Assembly: GCA_043228905.1 (NCBI GenBank) | Contig: JBHGNT010000007.1 | Location: 8,804,001 to 8,868,000, forward strand | Reading direction: 5' to 3' | DNA from: Azolla caroliniana | Taxonomy: Eukaryota > Plantae > Polypodiophyta | Length of the DNA stretch: 64,000 nt | In this document: one piece after another, positions 25,185-38,442 of the stretch | How positions within the stretch are numbered: the stretch's first letter is position 1 | Layout of the letters: the number at the start of each line of letters is the position of its first letter | Made by a program: the position numbers and the translations under genes | The notes under the pieces: model-generated | The model's database searches: none | The model's input: the letters and a program-made list of their open reading frames with translations, nothing else | What the model was told of the DNA's origin: nothing

Positions 25185-25257
25185 TCCATGGTAGTCTAGT
25201 TGGTAAGGATACTCGGGTTTCACCCAAGCGACCGAGGTTCAAGTCGCGGCAATGGAA
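25185..25257 (+). pseudogene. tRNA-Glu(TTC), degenerate
   Basis: Multiple stem mismatches; TTC retained. Confidence 0.75.
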
Positions 25258-25822
25258 ACATCAAGTCTAGTTCAAGTGGCATCTTATACGAAAAAAGTGT
25301 TATAATTAAAAAATTACATGTTGTTCGTTACAATGGTGGCCCCCAATTCTAAATATTCATGCATATCAAATTTGAAACTATAATACGTGTTAAAAAACCT
25401 AAAGCGTGTAATGTGACTTGCACATTCAAAATTAGGTCTTACCATAAATATCTTATTAAATCTTGTGTGAGAGAATTATTCATTCTATTCCCAATCATTG
25501 AGGAATCTTTTAATTTGATAAAAAAATCATCTGATATAACATAATGTTGAACATATTAGCTGATTGAACTCAATTTCACTTATATCAAAAGCACAAGGTA
25601 TATTCTTTAATTAAAGTAACGACATTTCTTGATTATTCAGTCAAGGGGATAAAATCACATTTTACTTAAATGGAAACATACTTGATACTCTACTTTAGGA
25701 AACGAAGAACCACGAAGGCAAGACTACAATATCATGTGTCATCTTGCGTTCCTACAATTAATGGTTAATTGAGATTTTATTTTATTTTAGATGAAAATCC
25801 TTGAATTTTGTTTACTCCATAC

Positions 25823-25895
25823 TCCATTGTAGTGTAGTTGGTTACGATACTCGACTTTCACCTGAGCGACCTGGGTTTAAGTCCCGACAATCGGA
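25823..25895 (+). pseudogene. tRNA-Glu(TTC), degenerate
   Basis: B box mutated (GGTTTAAG); several mismatches. Confidence 0.75.
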
Positions 25896-26471
25896 ACATA
25901 ACGTCTAGTTCATCATGCATCTTATACGAAAAAAGTCTCGTAATTGACCAATACATGACATAAAACCTTGTGGTGAGATAATGTAAATGTAGTGGGTTAA
26001 AATGGTGGCCGCCAATTCCAAATATCCTTGCGTATTGAATTTGAAAGTATAATACGTGTTGAAAAAATTAAAGCGTATCATGTGACTTCTGCATTCAAAA
26101 TAAGGTCCTACCATAAATATCTGATTAAATCTTGTATGTTATAGTGGGTTAGAATTATTCACTCTGTTCCTAATCATTGAGGACTCTTTTAATTTGACAA
26201 AAAAATCGTCTTCTATAACATAAAGCTTAACATATTAGCCGATTGAACTGAATTGTTGTATTAAAGAACAACATTTCTCCATAATTCATTCAAGGGGATA
26301 AAATCATATTTTACTTAAATGGAAACACACTTGATGCTCTCGTTTAGTAAACAAAGAACCACGAAGACAACACTAGGATATCATGTGTTATCTTGTGTTT
26401 CCGCAATTTATAGTTAATTGAGATTTTATTTTATTTTAGAGAAACATCCTTCAAATTTCTCAAACCCATAC

Positions 26472-26544
26472 TCCATTGTAGTCTAGTTGGTTAGGATACT
26501 CGGCTTTCACTCGAGCGACCGAGGTTCAAGTCCCGGCAATGGAA
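26472..26544 (+). tRNA. tRNA-Glu(TTC), near-intact
   Basis: Two changes from consensus (one G:U pair, one T-stem mismatch). Confidence 0.7.
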
Positions 26545-27150
26545 AAATCAAGTCTATTTCAAATTGCATCTTATACAAAAGAAGTCTCATAATTGACAAA
26601 TATAAGACATAAAGCTTTGTGGTGACATAATCTACATGTGGTGGGTTACAATGGTGGCCGCCAATTTGCAATATCTATGCGTATCGAATTTGAAACTATA
26701 ATACGTGTTGAAAAACTTAGAGCGTATCATGTGACATGCATATTCAAAATTAGGTCCTACCATAAATATTTGTTTAAATCTTGTATGTTATAATGGGTTA
26801 GAATTATTCACTCTATTCCCAATCATTGAGGAATCTTTTAATTTGATAAAAAATTCGTCTTCTATAATATAAAGGTTAACATATTAGCCGATTGAACTCA
26901 ATTTCACTCGTATCAAAAGTACGAGGTGTATTGTTTTATTAAAGTAACGACATTTCTTCATAATTCATTCAAGGGGATCAAATCATATTTCACTTACATG
27001 GAAACATAGTTGATGCTCTGTTTTAGTAAACGAAGAACAACGAACGCAACACTACGATATCATGTGTCATCTTGCATTCTCGCAATTTATGGTTAATTGA
27101 GATATTATTTTATTTTACAGAAACATCCTTCAACTTTTCTAACTCCATAC

Positions 27151-27223
27151 TCCATTGTCGTCTAGTTGGTTAGGATATTCTGCTTCCACGCGAGCGACCC
27201 GGGTTCAAGTACCATCAATGGAA
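27151..27223 (+). pseudogene. tRNA-Glu-derived copy with anticodon TCC
   Basis: Loop CTTCCAC; degenerate stems. Confidence 0.75.
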
Positions 27224-27806
27224 ACATCAAGTCTTGTTCAACTTGGATCTTATACGAAGAAAGTCTCATAATTGACAAATACAAGACATAAAACCTTGTG
27301 GTGAGATAATCTGCATGTTGTGGGTTACAATGGGGGCCTCCAATTTTGAATATCGATTTGTATCGAATTTGAAAGTATAATACGTGTTACAAACCTAAAG
27401 CGTATCATGTGACTTACATATTCAAAATTAGGTCTTACGATAAATATCTAATTAAATCTTGTGGGTTAGAGTTATTCACTGTATTCCCAAGCAGTTAGGA
27501 ATCTTTTAATTCGCCTTGTATAACATAAATCTTAACATATTAGCCGATTGAACTCAATTTCACTCGTATCAAAAGTGCAAGGTATATTGTCGAATTAAAG
27601 TAACGACATTTCTGGATAATTCATTCAAGGGTATAAAATCACGTTTCCCTTAAAAGGAAACATACTTAATGCTCTACTTTAGTAAATGAAGAACGGTGAG
27701 GGCAACACTAGGATATCATGTGTTATCTTGCGTTTCCGCAATTTATGGTTAATTGAGATTTTATTTTATTTTAGGGAAACATCCTTCAAATCTCTCTACT
27801 CCATAC

Positions 27807-27879
27807 TCCATTGTACTCTAGCTGGTTAGGATACTCGGCTTTCACCCGAGCGACCCGGGTTCAAGTCTCAGCAATGGAA
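27807..27879 (+). pseudogene. tRNA-Glu(TTC) copy
   Basis: G10C and T-stem mismatches (tctcagc). Confidence 0.7.
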
Positions 27880-28516
27880 ACATCAAGTCTAGTTCAGGTG
27901 GTATCTTATACGAAAAAATCTAATAAATGACAAATACAAGACATAAAACCTTGTGATTTCATATGCGCTACAATGGTGGCCTCCAATTCTAATTGAATTT
28001 GAAAGTATAATACATGTTGTTAAACCTAAAGTTGGCCTCCAATTGCAATTGAATTTTAAACTATAATACGTGTTGCAAAACCTAAAGCGTATCATGTGAC
28101 TTGTGCATTCAAAATTAGGTCTTACCATAAATATGTGATTAAATCTTGTATGTTATAGTGGGTTAGAATTATTCAGTCTATTCCCAATCATTGACGAATC
28201 TTTTAATTTTGAGAAAAAAATCGTCTTCTATAACATAAAGCTTAACATTTTAGCCGATTCAACTGAATTTCTCTCGTATCAAAAGTACGAGGTACATTGT
28301 TTAATTATAGTAACGACATTTCTCGATTATTCATTCAAGGGGATAATTTCAGATTTCACTAAAAATGAAACATACTTTATGCTCTCCTTTAGTAAACGAA
28401 GAACCACAAAGCCAACATTACAATATCATGTGTCATCTTGCATTTGCACAATTTATGGTTAATTGAGATGTTATTTTATTTTAGAGAAATATCCTCAAAC
28501 TTTGTCAAGTCCATAC

Positions 28517-28589
28517 TCCATTGTAGTCTAGTTGGTTAGGATACTCTGCTTTCACGCGAGCGACCCAGGTTCAAGTATCGTCAATGGAA
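28517..28589 (+). pseudogene. tRNA-Glu(TTC), degenerate
   Basis: Same variant type as 210 and 2920 (ctctg, tatcgtc). Confidence 0.75.
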
Positions 28590-29139
28590 ACATCAAGTCT
28601 CGTTCAACTTGGATCTTATACGAAGAAAGTCTCATAATTGACAAATACAAGACATAAAACCTTGTGCTGAGATGATCTGCATGTTGGGGGATTCAATGGT
28701 GCCCTCCAATTTTGAATATCAAATTTGAAAGTATAATACGTGTTGAAAACCTAAAGCGTATCATGTGACTTACATATTCAAAATTAGGTCTTATCATAAA
28801 TATCTGATTAAATCTTGTGGGTTAGAGTTAGGAATCTTTAAATTCGCCTTGTATAACATAAATCTTAACATATTAGCCGATTGAACTCAATTTCACTCGT
28901 ATCAAAAGTGCAAGGTATATTGTTGAATTAAAGTAACGACATTTCTGGATAATTCATTCAAGGGTATAAAATCACGTTTCCCTTAAAAGGAAACATACTT
29001 GATGCTCTACTTTAGTAAATGAAGAACCGTGAGGGCAACACTAGGATATCATGTGTTATCTTGCGTTTCCGCAATTTATGGTTAATTGAGATTTTATTTT
29101 ATTTTAGAGAAACATCCTTCAAATCTCTCTACTCCATAC

Positions 29140-29212
29140 TCCATTGTACTCTAGCTGGTTAGGATACTCGGCTTTCACCCGAGCGACCCGGGTTCAAGTC
29201 TCGGCAATGGAA
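29140..29212 (+). tRNA. tRNA-Glu(TTC), near-intact
   Basis: G10C plus a G:U pair in the T stem; anticodon arm perfect. Confidence 0.65.
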
Positions 29213-29777
29213 ACATCAAGTCTAGTTCAGGTGGTATCTTATACGAAAAAATCTAATAAATGACAAATACAAGACATAAAACCTTGTGGTATCTTCAGGT
29301 GGGGGATTCAATGGTGCCCTCCAATTTTGAATATCAAATTTGAAAGTATAATACGTGTTGAAAACCTAAAGCGTATCATGTGACTTACATATTCAAAATT
29401 AGGTCTTATCATAAATATCTGATTAAATCTTGTGGGTTAGAGTTATTCACTGTATTCCCAAGCAGTTAGGAATCTTTTAATTCATCTTCTATAACATAAA
29501 TCTTAACATATTAGCCGATTGAACTCAATTTCACTCGTATCAAAAGTACGAGGTATATTGCTTAATTAAAGTAACGACATTTCTTGATAATTCATTCAAG
29601 GGGATAAAATCACATTTCCCTTAAAAGGAAACAGATTTGATGCCCTACTTTAGTAAATGAAGAACCACGAGGGCAACACTAGGATATCATGTGTTATCTT
29701 GCCTTTCCGCAGTTTATGGTTAATTGAGATTTTATTTTATTTTAGAGAAACATCCTTCAAATTTCTCGAACCCATAC

Positions 29778-29850
29778 TCCATTGTACTCTAGTTGGTTAG
29801 GATACTCGGCTTACACCCGAGCGACCCGGGTTCAAGTCCCGGCAATGGAA
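29778..29850 (+). tRNA. tRNA-Glu body with switched anticodon TAC (Val)
   Basis: CTCGG-CTTACAC-CCGAG; acceptor and T arms perfect; G10C. Confidence 0.65.
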
Positions 29851-30493
29851 ACATCAAGTCTAGTTCAGGTGGCATCTTATACGAAAAAATCTAATAAATG
29901 ACAAATACAAGACATAAAACCTGGTGGTAACATAATCTACATGTAGTGCGCTACAATGGTTGCCTCCAATTCCAATTGAATTTGAAAGTATAATACATGT
30001 TGCTAAACCTAAAGCTAGCCTCCAATTGCAATTGAATTTGAAACTGTAATACGTGTTGCAAAACCTAAAGCGTATCATGTGACTTGTGCATTCAAAACTA
30101 GGTTTTACCATCAATATGTGATTGAATCTTGTATGTTATAGTGGGTTAGAATTATTCAATCTATTCCCAATCATTGATGAATCTTTTAATTTAATAAAAA
30201 AATCGTCTTGTATAACATAAAGCTTAACATATTAGCCGATTGAACTGAATTTCACTAGTATCAAAAGTACAAAGTATATTGGTTAATTATAGTAACGACA
30301 TTTCTCGATTATTCATTCAAGGGGATAAAATCACATTTTAGTTAAAAGGAAACATACTTGATGCTCTGCTTTAGTAAACAAAGAACCAGAAAGCCAACAC
30401 TTTGATATCATGTGTCATCTTGCGTTTCCGCAATTGATGGTTAATTGAGATTTTATTTTATTTTAGGGAAACATCCTTCATCTTGTGTTTCCG

Positions 30494-30554
30494 TAGTTGG
30501 TAAGGATACTCAGCTTTCACCCGAGCGACCGGGGTTCAAGTCGTGGCAATGGAA
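30494..30554 (+). pseudogene. 5'-truncated tRNA-Glu(TTC)
   Basis: Starts at TAGTTGG; 5' acceptor strand missing. Confidence 0.75.
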
Positions 30555-30985
30555 ACATGAAGTCTATTTCAAATTGCATCTTATACGAAAACAGTATCAT
30601 AATTGACAAATACAAGACATAAAACCTTGTGGTAACATAATCTACCTGTAGTGGGTTACAATGGTTGCCTCCAATTCCAAATATCCATACATATCAAATT
30701 CAAAAGGATAATGCGTGTTGAAAAACCTAAAGTGCATAAATATCTAATTAAATCTTGTATGTTATATTGGGTTAGAATTATTCAGTCTATTCCCAATCAA
30801 TGAGGAATCTTTTAATTTGATAAAAAATTTGTCTTGTATAACATAAAGCTTAACATATTAGCAGATGGAAGTCAATTTCACTCGTATGAAATATACGAGG
30901 TATATTGTTTAATAAAAGTAACGACATTTCTCAATTATTTATTCAAGCGGATAAAATCACATTTCACTTAAAAGGAAACATATTT

Positions 30986-33242
30986 CAAGCTCTCCTAATT
31001 GCTACTCATTAGTGAGAAAAATGAAGCAAACCTTGTCGGCGATGAATCGACATGGGTGGTCAATTCGGGTGCGTTGTTTCACCTAACCCCCGACCAGAAA
31101 TGCTTCTCATCCTACAGGGTTGGAGATCTCAGATCTGTAAAGATGGGAAATGAAGGAGCATGCCGAATTGTCGGCATTGGAGATGTGTGTCTGATAACTT
31201 CGAGCGGGTGCAAACTAGTGTTGAGAGAGATGTTCGACACATTCCGGAGGTTTGATTGAACCTGATATCAGCTGGTCGGCTGGATGATGACGGCTACATG
31301 CGTAGCATCCAGAATGGTGTCATGAAGTTCTGCAAGCGAAGCCTGATCATGGCTCGGGCATGGAAAACCAACACATTGTATGTGATGCATGCTCGATTAT
31401 GTTGTGGGGAAGCAAATGTGTGCCATATGAGCCAGAAGGGGATGTGGAAGCTTGTCGAGGACAACCTCATTCCGAAGGTGAAAGACGTGCATCCTGAGAA
31501 CTGCACTGATTGCTTGGCCAGCAAGCAAAACCGAACCTCTTTCTAGACAAGACCACCGTCGAGACGGAATGCACCGCTGGAATTTGTGCATACTGATGTA
31601 TGCCAAGTGGATACGAAGTCACATGCTCGATCGCAGTACTTCGTGACTTTCATAGAAGACCACAATTGGAAACTGTGGGCCTCACCACTGAAGACGAAGG
31701 ATCAGGTATTGTCCATCTTCAAGGACTTCCACACGAGAATTGAAAGGGAAATCGGTCGGAAGCTGAAGGTGGTTTGAGTGGAGAACGAAGAAGAATACCG
31801 GGGGTAGTTCGAGGAGTACTTCCGGTTGAAGGGAATCCGGCTTGAATTTATTGTGCCGAAGATACCGGAGCTAAAGGGATTGGCCAAGAGGATGAACCGT
31901 ATTGTAATTGAGAGAGTCCGGAGTATGCTAGCACATGCATACTCTTGACAACAACCTATGTGATAAACAGATCACCCTCAACACCCTTGGAAGTAGACTC
32001 ACCGCAAAAGGTATGGATAGGTAAAGACGTGTCTTACCGGCATCTAAAGGTGTTCGGCTGTTGCTGCTGACAACAACCTATGTGATAAACAAATCACCTT
32101 CAACACCCTTGGAAGGAGACTTACCGCAAAAGGTATGGACCGGTAAAGACGTGTCTTACCGGCATCTGAAGGTGTTCGGTTGTTTCGCCTACGTGCATGT
32201 AGCAAAGGGCAAGAGAGAGAAATTGGATCCAAAGTCTGACCATTCATATTTCTTGGATACAGTGATGATGAGTTTGGATACCGAGTGTGGGATTTGGTCA
32301 AAAAGAAGTTGTTCTGGAGTCAAGACATAGTTCTCAACCAAGAAGACTGTATATTATCATCCAACACTAACAAAGTTACGAAAGGTTGGTTTAAATACCA
32401 ACTAAACTAGGGCAAGGGCCCTTTCTACTATTTACAAGACTAGCCTGGTATGTCCATGAGCTTAGTGTGAAACCTATTTCTATGGGAAGTTGACTTTGAT
32501 TCTCAACAGATTCGGATGAATAACAAACAGAGGAACCGGTAGCCGAGAACCAAGGAAGAAGATATCCTCTTAGAGAGAGAAAAGCCCGCCGGAGATTTCC
32601 GGATGCAGAGCATGTGTTGCTGACCAATGAGGGGGAGCTAGAAAGTTTCGAAGAAGCAATTAAAGACACCCACAACCACAAGTGGTTGAGTGCCATGCAG
32701 GATGAGATGGATTCCTTGCATGAGAACCATACATATGAGCTGACGGATTTGCCGAAAGGAAAGAGGGCACTTCGGAACAAGTGGGTGTACAAGTTGAAAC
32801 CGGGGAACTCCGAAGATCCACCAAGGTATAAGGCCCGCATTCTGATGAAGGGCTTCCAGCAGAACAAAGGAGTGGATTTCGATGAGATCTTTGCCCCGGT
32901 AGTGAAGATGACATCCATTCGAATGGTGTTGAGCATAGTGGCAAGCATGGACATCGAGGTAGAGCAACTAGACATGAAGACGACATTCCTACATGGCAAC
33001 CTCGAAAAAGGGATCTACATGCAACAACCGGAAGGATTCTTCAGAAAAGGGAAGGAGCACCTGGTATGCCAGTTGAAGAAGAGCTTATACGGACTGAAGC
33101 AAGCTCCCCAACAATGGTACCGGAAGTTCGACTCCTTCATGACCGACAATGGGTACCAAAAAATGTAGGCCGATCACTACGTGTTTGTGAAGAAGTTTGA
33201 CGGAGGAGATTTTCTCATCCTCCTGCTGTATGTGGACGACAG
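30986..33242 (+). mobile_element. Ty1/copia pol fragment, copy 3, with LTR remnant at 32329-32508
   Basis: Near-identical to 10668-12925; RT ORF 32614-33168. Confidence 0.9.
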
Positions 33243-36200
33243 TGAATTGGGACTTAGATAGTAGATCAAGCTTTAATGGAAAGCTTCTTATTACTTCGTT
33301 CTCTCTTAGAGATACAATATGCTTCTCGTCATCACACATTACACTGTTAGGTATTCACTTATATGCTAAGCCCTAACTTATTACCGAGTTCGCACTCGGA
33401 TGGATACAATTTGGAAGGAGTCGGCCTTTTATGCCAACAAACTCCCCCGTAAAAGGACTACTCTTTCTTGCATGTACAAGTGTTTGGGGTTATCTCCCCC
33501 GTAAGCCTAGATTACAAAATTGATCTAAGTTTATATGTTACAAGTCGGTCGGCATGCAACTGAATCGGCAGATGTATAGGATGTGTCGTTATTGTTCCGA
33601 TCAGATCTTACCTTCTGCTCCTCGTTCGGCTTTCTTCTGCTCGGTCGCTTGTGGTAGCCCCATTTTCGTCCTTAGTGCTCCGAAGCGTAGATTTGGGAGT
33701 GGTTTCGTCAAGCAATCGATGATGTTCACCTCGGTGTCGATCTTCCAGACTTCGAGTTTCTTTTCGTTTACGAGCTCCTGGATATGATGATACTACACCT
33801 CAATGTGCTTCGTCTTCGCATGATAGACGGGATTGTTGATGAGGTGTATTGCGCTCTGTGAGTCGCAATAGATGGTCGGCGCTAGTCAGTCGTTTCGGTT
33901 TGCAGTTCCGAAGTCGACAGTTGGTCGATGTAGCCAAATCGCTTCCTTCACTCCTTCTAATGTACTCGTCTTTTGTGGTAGACAGAACCGTGCACTCTTG
34001 CAGTTTCGACCTCCATGATAGGTGAAGATGTAGCCTGATGTTGATTTCCGATTGTCCGTGTTCCTGGCATAGTTGGAATCAGTGTAGCCTTCGACTTCGG
34101 CTGAGGTTGTTAGTTTTAACGTCAGTTGTGCATCCCAGATTCCTTTTAGATACCTAAGGATGTGCTTGATGGCCTCCCAATGTTTCTTTCCTGGGTTTGA
34201 CATGTACCGGCTGACCACCCCTACGGCACCATTGCGTACATGATACTTCCTACTGTCGATGCATAGGGTATCTTTCCATTAAGCTCTCTCTCCTTGTCCA
34301 TCGAAGGAGAGTCTCAGTCCGATAGTCCAATCGACGTTAGAAGCAGTGGCAGTGCTAGCTTCGCATTCTCCATGTTGAAGCGCTTCAGCACCTTGCGGAT
34401 CTATTCTGACTGGGAGAGTTGGCGAGTTTTGGCCTTCCGATTTCGCTCTATCCTCATGCCTAGTATGTGTCGGGCTTGTCCGAGTACCTTTATCGTGATC
34501 TTTGCGTGAAGGCTCCGCTTCAGCTTACCGATCTCTGCTTGATTTCTTCCTGCAATGAACATGTCGTCGACGTATAGGATCATATAGATCCTTGACTCGC
34601 CGGCCAGTTGCCGAACATACATGCATGGGCCAGAGTCTGATCTGTTGTATCCAAGCTGTCGTATGTAGGAGTCAAATTTCTGGTACCACATTCTCGGCGC
34701 TTGTTTTAGGCCATACAGACTTTTCTTTAGTCGACATACGAGGTCACTAGCCTCCCCCGTCGCCATGAAGCCTGCCGGTTGAGACATGTATATGTCTTCT
34801 TCTAGATCTTCATGTAGGAATGTCGTCTTTACGTCCATATGCTTGAGCTCTAGATCTTCTGTCGCCACCACTCCTAGTAGGAGTCGGAGGGTGGTCATCT
34901 TGACTACTGGTGAGAATATCTCGTCGTAGTCGACCCCGTATTCATGTTTGAATCCTTCCGCGACAAGCCGAGCTTTGTACTTGGGTTTCTCTGAGTCGGA
35001 TACATACTTGTATCAAAAAACCCATTTGCAGGGTAGTGGCTTCCTTCCAGCTAGTAGTTCGACCAGCTCCCATGTCTAATTCTGATGAATCAAGTTCATT
35101 TCAGATTTCATGGCTTGTAGCCATGTTTCGGCGTTCAGTGCAGCCATAGCTTCTTCATAAGTGCTTGGTTCGCCTGCATCCGTGTAGTTGACATAGTCAA
35201 GGCCCGGTTGCTAGAACTCTGTTTGCCTTCGAGCTCGTCCAAATCTCTTGTGTGCCGAGATGTTTGGTTCGGATCCTTCGATCACCTCTGTTGGTCGATC
35301 AGTATTAGTTGAACTAGTCGTGTCAGGAGTCTTGTTAGGTGTCCCACCCCCGATTTAGAATTTCGGCGGTGTCTGGTTGTCCTCCACTATGGTTGTCATC
35401 GACTCTTTTCTGACTTGTCTCTTGGTGACTTTTCCTTTATCGATCCACCACTCCTAGTAGGAGTTGGAGGGTGATCATCTTGACTACTGGTGAGAATATC
35501 TCGTCATATCGACCCCGTATTCATGTTTGAATCCTTTCGCGACAAGCCGAGCTTTGTACTTGGGTTTCTCTGAGTCGGATACATACTTGTATCAAAAAAC
35601 CCATTTGTAGGGTAGTGGCTTCCTTCCAACTAGTAGTTCGACCAGCTCCCATGTCTGATTCTGATGAATCAAGTTCATTTCAGATTGCATGGCTTGTAGC
35701 CATGTTTCGGCGTTCGGTGCAGCCATAGCTTCTTCATAAGTGCTTGGTTCGTCTGCATCCGTGTAGTTGACATAGTTGAGGCCCGGTTGCTAGAACTCTG
35801 GTTTCCTTCGAGCTCGTCCAAATCTCTTGTGTGCCGAGATGTTTGGTTCGGATCCTTCGATCACCTTTGTTCATCAATCGGTATTAGTTGAACCGGTTGT
35901 GTCAGGAGTCTTGTTAGGTGTCCCACCCCCGGTTTGGAATTTCGGCGGTGTCTGGTTGTCCTCCACTATGGTTGTCATTGACTCTTTTCTGACTTGTCTC
36001 TTGGTGACTTTGCCTTTATTGATCCTTGTCGATTCGGTTGTGTCTTCGAAGACTTTGTCTTTGAGTTCGATGATAGGACTTGTTGCCGATTCAGTGTCGG
36101 CAGGGAAGTTGGCAGCTTGTTGGAGTTCGACTATTTGTAGAGTCTCCGATTTGGCCCGTTGGGTCGGTCCTTCTAAGACAATGTTGTCATCTTCGAAGGA

Positions 36201-38004
36201 TACCTACTTACCAACTATTTTCTGTTGGTTCCACTGAGAGAAGATAGAGTCTTCATTGAAGACTACATCGTTGCTTCGGATCAATTTCTGGTTCTCAGGG
36301 TCCCATAGCCGGTAGTCGAAGTCCCCATCGATTCCATCACCGAGAAATATGCACTTTTTTGCATGGGGTGCCAACTTTGTCCTTTTGTCCCTAGGGATGA
36401 AGGCGTAGCCTTTGCATCCGAATATACGGAGCCTATTGTAGGTCGGTTGTTTGCCTGACCATAGTGCCTGTGGCACTTCAAGCCTGATTGCTCTTGACGA
36501 TGCCAGATTTATCAGGTACACGGCCGTCTACAATGCCTTGGCCCAGAATTCCAACTTTAGTCCGGCTTGGTGGAGCATTACCGTTGTCATGAAGATTTCC
36601 AGCTATGGTGAGAAAACTGGGAGGGACAAATAAACTGGGGATGTGCAACATTGCACATACACTTGTAAATTTGTGTAATAAGAATAAGTAAACAAAATGT
36701 AACGGGAAGGGTAATAATCTAAGGTGCTAAAGGTGCACCACGAAGTTTGTAGAGGCATAAATGTGATGTGCACTTTGTAGAGTAGAATGAGTAGTGGGCA
36801 TTGAGAGTGAATGTGATAGGAGAGAGAGAGTTAAGGCCCACCGATTTAAGATCAAGGGAGATACTCCCCATTAAATGAAAGGGGATTTGACTTCCTCTTG
36901 TAATGTGCTCACCCCTTACTAGTATAAAAGGGAGTGAGGGGTCACTTGTGAAGGGGTTGCCTATTTTTGAGTGTGAAAGGTATACCACATAGTTCTAGGG
37001 TTCTTCTTCTTCCCATTTCGGGTTAGGGTTAGGGTTTCTCTTAGGGTTTCCTTATTCATCTTCTTTACTTTACTTATCCGGTGAGGGTTTCTTGTAGTCG
37101 TCCGGTTTTGGCCTATGCCGCCATGGTTGTATTCGTTTGTGTTTTCTTAATATAACTTGTTTAGTATTTTGCCCCCATCCATCTTTTGTTCAATCCTCAT
37201 GTCATATTCATTCTCCTCTCCTCTTGAGCTAAGCTTCCATTTCATGTCTTATTCCTTCTCCTCAACTCCCTAGTTCAAGACCCCTGCGGTCCCGCCTCGG
37301 ATCCTACATGCGCTCACGGAATATCGTGACACCGTCACCCTCTCCTAGATCATTCTGTTGATCCGTTCTGCCACTCCATTTTGCATGGGTGTGTAGGGAA
37401 CGGTCTTTTGGTGTCGGATCCCTTTTCTGGACAGGTATTGTTTGAAGGCTCTAGAGGTGTATTCACCTCCGTTGTCAGATCGGAGTGTCTTCACTTTGTA
37501 TCCCGACCGGTTCTCCACTTCAGATATCCATCGAGTGAAGACCTCAAGTGCTTTGTCTTTGGACTTGATGGAGTATGCCCAAACTTTCCGTGTACAGTCA
37601 TCTATGAATGTGATGAAGTACCAAGAGCCTCCTAGTGATCGCTCTGGCATGGGTCCACATATGTCTGTGTGCAAGAGCTCTAGGGGTTGTCGTACCGTCT
37701 CGTAGTGGAGAGAGTGTGGACTTCAAGTCTGTTTCCCATATCGACAATGCTCGCAGAAGTCTGTCTTTGCCTGGAGTTTCGGGATGTAGCCAACCGACAT
37801 CAGCCGATCAAGTCTGGCTTGAGACATGTGGCCAAGTCCGCCATGCCATAGGGTATAGATGATTCACGTCCCCTTCAGGGTTGAGCGCCATCAATGGGTA
37901 TAGATTATTATACTTATGCCCACTACCGATTTTGAGGTTTCCTCGGCTGATCACCCATGTCAACTCATGTAGAGTCGTTCGATACCCGTCTTAGGCTAAC
38001 ATGT
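33243..38004 (-). mobile_element. Degenerate Ty1/copia (GAG-pre-integrase, integrase, RT, RNase H, putative 3' LTR ~33243-33603)
   Basis: HTDICGP and QNGVAERINR (37345-37674); KKCIFLG (36204-36521); [18 protein letters not shown] and LYVDDM (34401-34898); internal ~580-bp tandem duplication at ~34870-36020. Confidence 0.92.
36585..37331 (+). mobile_element. Gypsy solo LTR inserted in the copia integrase
   Basis: TGTCATGAAGAT...GTGACA; perfect 4-bp TSD CCGT (36581-36584, 37332-37335). Confidence 0.92.
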
Positions 38005-38410
38005 TGTTGGGAGACAAGTCCCTCCGGATGGGAAGGGATAAGAACAGTGCCGATGAACAATCTCGGCCGAGGCCGAAACCGGATGAGGAGTACCCGGCTA
38101 CGGAGAGCCGGATGGTGCAGGCCTGGTGAGAACCGGATGAGGAGTACCCGGCTACGGAGAGCCGGATGGTGCAGACCCGGTGAGAACCGGATGAGGAGCA
38201 CTCGGCTACGAAGAGCCGGATGATGCAGACCCGGTGAGAACCAGAGGAAGAGACATATTCGTAAATATGTTTCTGAGAGCCCATCGAGGCTATATTTGTA
38301 AATAGCCGAAAAGTCATATTAGTATAAATATGACTTAGGGCAAACATGTGTATGTGTGGTTATTATTCTTGTTGGCGCAAAAAGAAGAGTGAGCACGTAA
38401 CAGTGTACAT

Positions 38411-38442
<32 letters not shown>

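Larger units (their letters stand above)
23795..30985 (+). repeat. Tandem array of tRNA-Glu-containing units (11 units)
   Basis: tRNA starts at 23876, 24541, 25185, 25823, 26472, 27151, 27807, 28517, 29140, 29778 and ~30494. Confidence 0.97.

Noticed and set aside
2281-30114. Recurrent 67-84 aa ORFs in the array (MVRPNFECTSH..., MDFHNLWVIE...)
   Set aside because: They recur only because the DNA unit repeats; they are broken in most units, have no recognisable domain, and one class overlaps the tRNA.
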